Shown here one piece after another: positions 18,780 to 26,386 of a DNA stretch of 64,000 nucleotides. The position numbers were made by a program, and so were the translations under genes. Under the pieces are notes generated by a model that made no database searches, had not been told where the DNA came from, and was given only the letters and a program-made list of their open reading frames with translations. The stretch covers positions 32,001 through 96,000 of the IMG/VR virus record IMGVR_UViG_3300033388_005412; one strand, given 5' to 3'. Each line of letters starts with the position of its first letter. The first letter of the stretch is position 1. This stretch comes from a virus (Duplodnaviria > Caudoviricetes).

Positions 18780-18964
18780 AAATGGATGATGAGATAAACA
18801 GAGAAATTGATGAGCTTAAGAAAGAATTCTCAAAACTGCAGAATGAACTTGACATACTTGTTCAACAGGCAACTGATAAAAAAACAAGAATGGTTGAGAT
18901 CCAGGGCGCGTTTAAAATGTTAAGCAAAATGGGACAGATTAAAAAGGAGAAAAACAATGAGTAA
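18752..18964 (+). CDS. Small coiled-coil protein
   Basis: 70 aa heptad pattern; AAGGAGG upstream. Confidence 0.65.
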   Translation: MEAGMETEMKMDDEINREIDELKKEFSKLQNELDILVQQATDKKTRMVEIQGAFKMLSKMGQIKKEKNNE

Positions 18965-19199
18965 AGAAAAAACAGAATTAAGGCATGGTGTAAAAGACGC
19001 GATTGTTAAAGCAGTTGATGCGGCCGAAGCTCAAATAATAATGAGCGAGGTTCTGCTTGAGACAATCATGGATATGGACATCAAGGGCGCGGAAGCTGAT
19101 CAAACAGCAACACGTAAACAGCAAATTCGACAGGAAATTGAATTTAATAAACTTTATCTTGCAAAGCTAAAAAATAATTTTAAGGATATTCTTAGCTAA
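18957..19199 (+). CDS. Small coiled-coil protein, last gene of the rightward operon
   Basis: 80 aa; AAGGAG RBS; converges on the leftward operon. Confidence 0.65.
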   Translation: MSKEKTELRHGVKDAIVKAVDAAEAQIIMSEVLLETIMDMDIKGAEADQTATRKQQIRQEIEFNKLYLAKLKNNFKDILS

Positions 19200-19416
19200 T
19201 AGAATTAATTTTAGCGCTTAATATACTTATTTGCTTAGCGAGATTATCCACTTTTTGATTCAGTATAATAGACACGGTATTTAAATCAGCTGTTGTCGGT
19301 CCTGATGCATTTGCTATCTGCTGTCTCAGTATTTCAAGCTGCTTACTAATTCGCGTAATCTTTTTATCATAAAGCGTTTTAAATGCCGTAAAATCCCTGT
19401 CAGTTATATATGCCAT
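19192..19416 (-). CDS. Small coiled-coil protein, last gene of the structural operon
   Basis: 74 aa heptad pattern. Confidence 0.6.
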   Translation of the reverse strand: MAYITDRDFTAFKTLYDKKITRISKQLEILRQQIANASGPTTADLNTVSIILNQKVDNLAKQISILSAKINSIS

Positions 19417-19430
19417 GTTTGGTTATTCGG

Positions 19431-19859
19431 TTATTCGGCATCAGCCTCGTCGTTTTTCTTATCAAGTTCTATAACTTCAACAGCATCTTCCAGTTTTTTA
19501 ACATCACCTGTTACTTTATAAGTATTTTCGTCGGAAACATTATCAAACTGTAAATCAGCCGAATCGCCGATTCCCTTGCCGAGTCCCTTAACAACCGTTC
19601 TGCCTGGAGCTAATCTGTACGTTGTTGTTTTCAAAACACCTTTATCATCTTTTTCTTCAATGTCCCATGAAAGAAAAATATCCTGTGACGGCCCAACACT
19701 CTCAATACCACCGGCTGTCATTGGCGCATATGCTGAAAAATACACATGTTTAACAATTGATTGCTTAGTTACATCTGCTCCATTTACAACCAAACTCGTT
19801 CCCTCCGAAGTACCATCTGATTTGATAGTTACCTTAATCGTCTTTTCCTTTTTTGCCAT
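19431..19859 (-). CDS. Hypothetical protein
   Basis: 142 aa; AAGGAGG RBS. Confidence 0.7.
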   Translation of the reverse strand: MAKKEKTIKVTIKSDGTSEGTSLVVNGADVTKQSIVKHVYFSAYAPMTAGGIESVGPSQDIFLSWDIEEKDDKGVLKTTTYRLAPGRTVVKGLGKGIGDSADLQFDNVSDENTYKVTGDVKKLEDAVEVIELDKKNDEADAE

Positions 19860-19879
19860 TTCATCTTCCTCCTTTTTTT

Positions 19880-20032
19880 TTATCTATGCGGCCCAGTACC
19901 ATTATATTTACGTGTTCCGCTGCAACTTCCCCGGCCTCCACGTCCACCACCGGTTTTCCTATTACTCGCCCGGCCTAAACCTCTTCCTCCTCCTCTTCCT
20001 AAACCTCGTCTTGGTCTTGCTGTCATTTTCAT
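19880..20032 (-). CDS. Arg/Gly-rich (RGG) 50-aa microprotein
   Basis: Not in the ORF track; MKMTARPRRGLGRGGGRGLGRASNRKTGGGRGGRGSCSGTRKYNGTGPHR; AAGGAGG RBS and fills the gap between neighbours exactly. Confidence 0.75.
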   Translation of the reverse strand: MKMTARPRRGLGRGGGRGLGRASNRKTGGGRGGRGSCSGTRKYNGTGPHR

Positions 20033-20033
20033 G

Positions 20034-20282
20034 TTATTTTCCTCCTTTTTTCAAATTAATAATCTCATGTTCAATAAATGCTAATTTCTGGAAGGCTTTC
20101 TCTACCTGTTTATCCAGTAAATCTCTTGTTTGCGGCGCTAATTGCTGCTTAGGACTTAACGCATCAATCCGTCTTTTAATATCCTCAAGCTGTAATAAAA
20201 GAGTTTTGGCCTGTTCCGTCCTAAATCTTTTATACCGATCCCACTCTTCTCTTGTGATAAATTCACTTTCAATAACGTCCAT
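20034..20282 (-). CDS. Small coiled-coil protein
   Basis: 82 aa; AGGAGG RBS. Confidence 0.65.
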   Translation of the reverse strand: MDVIESEFITREEWDRYKRFRTEQAKTLLLQLEDIKRRIDALSPKQQLAPQTRDLLDKQVEKAFQKLAFIEHEIINLKKGGK

Positions 20283-20997
20283 AAAACCTCCTAATTAATT
20301 TTTTTGCTTTATTTAAATTTCCCATATATTCAACACCATCTATGACTCTAGTTGTCGCCCATAATGGTTGCAAATTCTTTAATGCCCAACATTCTTTGAA
20401 TCCAATATCGTTATATGATTCAAATTTAAAAACAACTTTAGGAACAATATGATCAATATGCCATTCGCCATAATTATCCCAAGTCATTTCTTGTGTGAAT
20501 AACATCTCCAAATGCTTTTTTAAATCATTTAATGTGTAATTAATAAGGTCTTCCCAATGCTTTCCTGCTTTATTTTTTTTAAGTGCGCACCAAAACATTT
20601 TTCCCATACTATTATTTAATCTACCATCAATACTAGACAATCTTTTCTGATAGTACTTTCTTGAAATTTCGCGGTACTTTCCAGGATTGGATTTACGCCA
20701 TTTTTTATTACATTTATTAACTTTTTCTGAATTTTCTATACGATATTTTTTCATACGCAATTTATTTTTATTTACATGTTTTTCGTTATATTTTTTGTTT
20801 AATAATTTAATCTTCTCCGGATTATTTTTTCTATATAAAACAGCTTTTCTTTTTTCAAGTTCTTTATTTTTTATATAATATTTTCTTCTATATTTTCTGC
20901 AACATTCCACACATCTAATAAGATGACCATTTTTATATTCTCGTTCTTTATGACAAACATGGCAAATTTTTGTTTTTTTCATAAAATATTTACTCAA
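20269..20997 (-). CDS. HNH-type homing endonuclease-like protein
   Basis: N-terminal CxxC...CxxC and Lys-rich repeats; C-terminal MTWDNYGEWHIDHIVP...NLQPLW...N motif. Confidence 0.8.
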   Translation of the reverse strand: MSKYFMKKTKICHVCHKEREYKNGHLIRCVECCRKYRRKYYIKNKELEKRKAVLYRKNNPEKIKLLNKKYNEKHVNKNKLRMKKYRIENSEKVNKCNKKWRKSNPGKYREISRKYYQKRLSSIDGRLNNSMGKMFWCALKKNKAGKHWEDLINYTLNDLKKHLEMLFTQEMTWDNYGEWHIDHIVPKVVFKFESYNDIGFKECWALKNLQPLWATTRVIDGVEYMGNLNKAKKLIRRFYGRY

Positions 20998-22084
20998 TTT
21001 TGTCTAACGTAATTCCGGTAATAACCGGTGTCACATTTTCAATCTTTTCCAATTTAACTTCAATTTTCCAATCTTTAGTGACATCTAATAATAAACTCTG
21101 TTCCAATGGATATGTGCTCGGTACATCCGCTGTTTCGCCGCTTGTATCATATATTATTATACTGTCATCCTGCGTTTTAATTTTAATAACAAACGGCCGA
21201 TTTTCAGCCAGGTCAATCGGCACGATATAAGGATCATCTAATAATATTGAACTTAAACCAACAGCAGTTCCCATATCCAAATCATAACTAAAAGTTCCCT
21301 CCATAGCATAATCGCATTTGAAAATGCCGATATCTCTAATTGAAAAAATATATTTACCATCTTCAAGTTTTCCCTGTAATTTTACAATGATCTCATTAGT
21401 ATAATTTTCTATTTTTCTATGTATTTTAACCGGCCATGCTGTATCAAATAACTCAATTGGACCTGTCACACCATTATAATATATTTCTCTTATCTTTGTT
21501 CCCATTAAAGGAAACACTGTTATATATGAAGCATTGTCTGATTCAGACACAGATGTTGTTTTAACTTTCAAATAAATAAAGCCAGCGTCTGTTTCGGCGG
21601 GATCCAGTTCTGTACACCATATATCATTATTTCCATTTATAACATGCCGCAAATCAGTGAGATCGGCCCAGGGTCCGGTTGCTGCCGTACTTTCTTGTAT
21701 CTCACATGATGCTATCGCCTGGCTTTCGCCATATTCATTTTCAACTAATGGTATTTTACTAACGATATCCTCTTCAGCTAAACTTAATTGGCCATAAACT
21801 GAATCAACTTGAATATCATCTGAATAATCAGGTGCAAGATATCCGGATTTTATAATTTTACCTGCTACAGAACTCACTATATTATTAATCTCAGCTGTCA
21901 GCCAGTTAATAGTTTTCTCAGCCGCATATTTATAATCACTATGGGTTTTAGAAAGTCTTTGAAATCTTTTATATAAACTTAAAATATTTTTAAGAAAGCT
22001 ATCGGTAGTATCATTAAAAAATCGTGACGTGAATTTACTCAAATCACTTAACACATAATCTTTGATCGAAATATCTAAACTCAT
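20990..22084 (-). CDS. Putative virion structural (baseplate-region) protein
   Basis: Helical N-terminus, acidic beta-rich body and C-terminal TPVITGITL motif shared with three upstream paralog-like genes. Confidence 0.5.
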   Translation of the reverse strand: MSLDISIKDYVLSDLSKFTSRFFNDTTDSFLKNILSLYKRFQRLSKTHSDYKYAAEKTINWLTAEINNIVSSVAGKIIKSGYLAPDYSDDIQVDSVYGQLSLAEEDIVSKIPLVENEYGESQAIASCEIQESTAATGPWADLTDLRHVINGNNDIWCTELDPAETDAGFIYLKVKTTSVSESDNASYITVFPLMGTKIREIYYNGVTGPIELFDTAWPVKIHRKIENYTNEIIVKLQGKLEDGKYIFSIRDIGIFKCDYAMEGTFSYDLDMGTAVGLSSILLDDPYIVPIDLAENRPFVIKIKTQDDSIIIYDTSGETADVPSTYPLEQSLLLDVTKDWKIEVKLEKIENVTPVITGITLDKIE

Positions 22085-22305
22085 TATATCCTCCTATGCA
22101 CATTAAGTGCCGGTATTATAGATAATATTTCAGTTTTATATAAAAATTCAACATCTGTTTTTAAATCTTCATCAAAATCAATGAAATCCTCTCTCAAATT
22201 TTCCATATCATTCTTAAGATTGCCCCAAAACTTATTCCATATTTCATGATCCAAATTATATCTATATCTGAAATTTAATTTATAACTTTTCCATTTTTTA
22301 TTCAT
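22084..22305 (-). CDS. Small hypothetical structural-region protein
   Basis: 73 aa; AAGGAG RBS. Confidence 0.6.
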   Translation of the reverse strand: MNKKWKSYKLNFRYRYNLDHEIWNKFWGNLKNDMENLREDFIDFDEDLKTDVEFLYKTEILSIIPALNVHRRI

Positions 22306-22322
22306 ATATAATTCTCCTTATT

Positions 22323-22697
22323 TCAGTCACTACTGACCTCCACTTTATACCAATCTGTTGAATGTAAATAATCAATAACTTCCTGTGACATTGTATTTGC
22401 CTCAATATTATATCCAATAAATTCTACATAAGGAATATTAAAAAACCAAGTTATTTCAGTTTCGTTAAAATTTCCCTGCACTAATCGCTTGCTATCGTCA
22501 ACATTGCTTATATAATGAGTAATATCTCTCGGTTGTCCTGACGGATTTCGTCCCTGCAAACCCCTCGCAAGAATATTATCAAAAACAATTTCTCTGGAAG
22601 GGTCGGGGAGAAACGATGTATCAACGGAAAAATAGCATCTTTCATCAGCCTGAATAAAGCAAGCCACGAACAAAAATATAATTATTCTTTTTTTCAT
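22323..22697 (-). CDS. Secreted hypothetical protein (Sec signal peptide)
   Basis: MKKRIIIFLFVACFIQA-DE: basic n-region, hydrophobic h-region, cleavage after Ala. Confidence 0.65.
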   Translation of the reverse strand: MKKRIIIFLFVACFIQADERCYFSVDTSFLPDPSREIVFDNILARGLQGRNPSGQPRDITHYISNVDDSKRLVQGNFNETEITWFFNIPYVEFIGYNIEANTMSQEVIDYLHSTDWYKVEVSSD

Positions 22698-23413
22698 TAT
22701 CTTACCCCCACCTGTTCTTCATATCTGTATAGTATTTCTGCGACAGACCAACTTCTTTCTGAAATTATTACCTCATCTATGGCCGTGTTTACAATTCCAG
22801 TTCCCGCACTTCTCGCACCGATTATAACATTGTCCGCTAAAAATGGTTCAATATCCCCAACAATATAGCAATTATCTTTTCGGATTCCGTCTAAATATAT
22901 TTCATAATTTGTCCCATTGTGCCTTAAAACTAAATTATGCCAATCCGCAGAAATGGATTCTGTTGAGCTACACCAACCGATTGTAGCTGCGCCATAGGCT
23001 TGTATATAAATAATTTCGTTCAGGAAGGAGCTAGTTCCCGCCCCTAACCAAAGTAACTGCTGATTTACTCCGCCTATTTGCATAATGATTTTATATGCCG
23101 ACGCAGACGTTATTGGGGTATCGGGATTTAACCATAGTGAAATTGTGCGAGCATATTTTCCCATATCTCCAACATTAACATCATCACTCCCGTCAAAAAA
23201 TAAACACTTTCCTAACCAGCTATCAATCCACAACGCACCAGTTATAGTTCCGTTATTCCCCTGCCCCGAAACATCGTAAGCGGTAGACCCAGTCCCTTTG
23301 TTAAAATGCCAAAGTCCTGCAGTGTAAGAAGTAGACCCTAACTGATAATCACCTTTCCATTCTGCAAAAGAAACCCCACAAAACAATAAAATAATCAGTA
23401 ATTTTTTCATCAA
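22697..23413 (-). CDS. LamG/concanavalin-A-like lectin domain protein with signal peptide
   Basis: MMKKLLIILLFCGVSFA-EW; GLWHFNKGTG...DVSGQGNNGT...LFFDGSDD...TISLW...WHNLV...IYLDG...IDEVII = LamG pattern. Confidence 0.85.
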   Translation of the reverse strand: MMKKLLIILLFCGVSFAEWKGDYQLGSTSYTAGLWHFNKGTGSTAYDVSGQGNNGTITGALWIDSWLGKCLFFDGSDDVNVGDMGKYARTISLWLNPDTPITSASAYKIIMQIGGVNQQLLWLGAGTSSFLNEIIYIQAYGAATIGWCSSTESISADWHNLVLRHNGTNYEIYLDGIRKDNCYIVGDIEPFLADNVIIGARSAGTGIVNTAIDEVIISERSWSVAEILYRYEEQVGVR

Positions 23414-26376
23414 TCTTCCTTAAAAATTGCCACGACCGAAACTCCACCTGGCGAGTCATTTTCGTCAACATCTTCAAAATCTATACCAATAGCTGTATTT
23501 TCATCGCACCTTATTCCTGTAAAAAATTTCAGATAAGTCACTCCCGCCGTAATAGACAATGTTGTTGTGCTTACTCCGTCACGCCATACCCTGATAGTAA
23601 AAGCGTCAGGTGTTGCCGATGTAATTTTAATATGAAATGCCTCAACATTTCCAGTCGCTCCGCAAACTTCAAACCAATGGCCGTTAGTGTAAAGAGTATC
23701 GCTTGAATTATAAATATTAGAAGCCCCTGTTCCACCATATAAAGCTATACGGTGATTGGATGAACCGCCTGCGCCACCACCAGTGCTATTTATTGTCACT
23801 ATTCCTCGCCCGTCTGTCGGTGTAATTGTAATATTATCTCCTGCAAGTATCTGCGAAACACCTGTTGACATTCCGGTTTCATAATCGTTTTTGTTTACAT
23901 AAGTTTCCGTTGCCGAACTCTCGTCAAGTTTATATGTTATATCTGTTATGTTAGTCAGCACCTGCACACCTGTCGTTGAAATAGCCGCCGCATTTGCGTC
24001 TATCAAATCTTTGTTCGTGCCCGTGCTTACGCCAATAGCCGTTATTTCAGTATCTGTTGTTACTATTTCGTCGGACAATGCCGCCCCTGTTGACCGCAAA
24101 GCCGTGTAAATCGTCGTCGTATCTGTTGCCACATTTTCAAAATCTACATTAGTTGCTATTATCTCCACTGATAGCGCCGCCCCGGTACTTTTTAATTCAT
24201 CGTAAATCTGCCCCGTTGTCGCTGCCGTTAAACTCAAATCCGCCGCAATTGCATAATCAGATATTGTGTATTCTTCCGCCGCCCCTGCGCCGTCAAATCC
24301 AGCAAATGTACTTGCCGTGCCTGTATGACCTGAATTTGTCCACGCCAATGTTCCTAAATCAGGGTGATTCGGCGGTGTGGATATTTTGTATGGTATAATA
24401 TATCTATTATCAATTTCTATAAAATTCGGTTCGCCTTCTTTAACTATTATTCTTGCCGCTAATATCCCAAAATTATTCACAACCGAGGGTATCGTAGCCG
24501 GGTCATCGGAGAGTTGGGCATCAATAAGTTTCAAAAATTGCTCCTGCCCATAGACTACATTTATATCGCTGTCATAATGAACATATGCGTATTGGCACAT
24601 ATAATAATTATTTGTAAGCGCAACCGTGCTACCGCTGCCATCGTCATATGCTGTGTTATCCACTTGTGTCAATGAACTTACTGAAATCCAATCGCCCGCG
24701 TCGCCCCTATACCACGCTATAAACCTCGCCGCATCCGATGTATCTTGTGTTGTTGTTTCTATGGGATTGTTTCCGTGCCAGAATTTCCCCGTCGTTGATG
24801 TTAAATACCTTTCTCCTGTTTCAGCAATCACTCCGCCGAATTCTCTCTCAAATCCTCTTACACCAACTACCCTTTTTCTTGCTCTATGCCGCCAATCATA
24901 AACGTTAAGCCCTGTGTCTATGTGGTGCATTGTGTTATCGCCGTTTTTATAAACAAGTCCTATTCCAAACTGTGTCTGTCCGTTTATTTCAGTTGTCGCC
25001 GCCGTTGTGGATATTTCTACATTTCCACCGTTGTAATCAATATAAACTTTTATAACAATGCCCGAAGCTATATCAATATCATATTTGCCGTCAAAATCAA
25101 AAGACACAAGTGTTGCCGTTGAACTCGCCGTAGTCCGTATCATTCCCGTGCCGCTTGACACTGATATTGTGCCGTCGCCGTTATCTGTAATTTGCCCACC
25201 GGTTGCTCTGCCTGCCGAGCCTGCAATATATATATAGTCTTGTGAGGTGTCGTATGTTGCGGAATTAAGGTTATTAATATAAACGTGATTTGCAGTAACA
25301 GAACTTGCCACAACACCGGTAAAATTAGAACCGTCAAAAGTTGGTGACGAACCGGATGTTACATCTTGGTTAATATAGCTGTGGTCACTGCCGTCATTTG
25401 CAATATGATCAGACAGAGCGGCAGCCGTGCTTTGCAAGGCAGTATAAATTCCACCTGTTGATATTCCAATTGCCTCTATAGCATCATCGTTCGTAGTTAT
25501 CTGTCCCTGTAATGAATCAACCTGTCCACTCAAAACAGCTGTTGAATACTCAAGCGCGGCAATTCTATCTTTATTCTCACCTGTTGATACCTGTAAATCA
25601 TATATATCAGCAGCATTTGTTCCCGTAGATACGGCTATATCATTTTCTCTCGCCACTGCTCTTGTTATTTCTGCGGATAACGCCGCAGCTGTTGAATTTA
25701 ACGCCGCATATATGGTCCCTGTGGAAACGCCCAGGGCGGCATCACCACCTATTCTATCTGATATCTCAGTATTAAGGTCAGTTCTTAATGTTGAAGTATC
25801 TATAGCAACATTTTCAAAATTAATATCTGTCGTCGCTATTTCCTCTGACAGCGTCGCCCCTGTTGACTGCAACGCCGCATAAATTGTACCAGTTGAGACT
25901 CCTAATACGCTATCGCCATTTTTTCTATTTGCGATTTCTGTTGTAAGATTATTTGCATTTGTTGTTGTATCCGTTGCAACATTATTAAAATTGGTATCGG
26001 TGTCTGCTATTTCTTCATCAAGAGCCGTCTTGATAGTACCGGTACTTGCCGCCGTTAAAGACCAACTGCTTCTAACCGCAAAATATGATTCATCATGATT
26101 ATCAAGTAAGTCAGAATCGGCCGCCTTTTCTGTTTTATATAAATATGTATCAGGTGCTGAACTTATAAACACAGGATCTGATTCTGCACCGCCGGCACCA
26201 AACTGTAAATCCACATAATCTTTATTTGCCGCCTGGCCACTTATTGTTGGTGTAGCTGTATATATTGTACCGCCCCTAAAATCCCATGAGCCAACTGGTT
26301 CGGCGTCATTTGTTTTTATATCCCATGCATATAATTGAGCCCCCAACAACAAAATTCCAAATAATATTTTTTTCAT
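23410..26376 (-). CDS. Large fibre-like protein with signal peptide and Ser/Thr-rich coiled-coil repeats
   Basis: MKKILFGILLLGAQLYA-WD (start at 26376 behind AGGAGG); AANKDYVD, ESDPVF and ADSDLLD fibre motifs; repeated STGTIYAALxST.AxLS.EI units. Confidence 0.7.
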   Translation of the reverse strand: MKKILFGILLLGAQLYAWDIKTNDAEPVGSWDFRGGTIYTATPTISGQAANKDYVDLQFGAGGAESDPVFISSAPDTYLYKTEKAADSDLLDNHDESYFAVRSSWSLTAASTGTIKTALDEEIADTDTNFNNVATDTTTNANNLTTEIANRKNGDSVLGVSTGTIYAALQSTGATLSEEIATTDINFENVAIDTSTLRTDLNTEISDRIGGDAALGVSTGTIYAALNSTAAALSAEITRAVARENDIAVSTGTNAADIYDLQVSTGENKDRIAALEYSTAVLSGQVDSLQGQITTNDDAIEAIGISTGGIYTALQSTAAALSDHIANDGSDHSYINQDVTSGSSPTFDGSNFTGVVASSVTANHVYINNLNSATYDTSQDYIYIAGSAGRATGGQITDNGDGTISVSSGTGMIRTTASSTATLVSFDFDGKYDIDIASGIVIKVYIDYNGGNVEISTTAATTEINGQTQFGIGLVYKNGDNTMHHIDTGLNVYDWRHRARKRVVGVRGFEREFGGVIAETGERYLTSTTGKFWHGNNPIETTTQDTSDAARFIAWYRGDAGDWISVSSLTQVDNTAYDDGSGSTVALTNNYYMCQYAYVHYDSDINVVYGQEQFLKLIDAQLSDDPATIPSVVNNFGILAARIIVKEGEPNFIEIDNRYIIPYKISTPPNHPDLGTLAWTNSGHTGTASTFAGFDGAGAAEEYTISDYAIAADLSLTAATTGQIYDELKSTGAALSVEIIATNVDFENVATDTTTIYTALRSTGAALSDEIVTTDTEITAIGVSTGTNKDLIDANAAAISTTGVQVLTNITDITYKLDESSATETYVNKNDYETGMSTGVSQILAGDNITITPTDGRGIVTINSTGGGAGGSSNHRIALYGGTGASNIYNSSDTLYTNGHWFEVCGATGNVEAFHIKITSATPDAFTIRVWRDGVSTTTLSITAGVTYLKFFTGIRCDENTAIGIDFEDVDENDSPGGVSVVAIFKED
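25478..25602. repeat. 125-bp dispersed direct repeat, copy 1 (copy 2 at 48553-48677)
   Basis: Aligned by eye: 123 of 125 identical, both mismatches at synonymous third positions; encodes YDLQVSTGENKDRIAALEYSTAVLSGQVDSLQGQITTNDDA. Confidence 0.95.
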
Positions 26377-26386
26377 ACCATTCCTC

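Noticed and set aside
19190-19205. Terminator at the convergence of the two operons
   Set aside because: The two ORFs overlap by 8 bp and no convincing hairpin with a U-tract was found.
19576-20298. 240-aa plus-strand ORF, and similar shadow ORFs such as 13847-14467, 51747-52196, 882-1208 and 11999-12268
   Set aside because: They lie antisense to well-supported genes with RBSs and motifs, and show low-complexity, motif-free translations.
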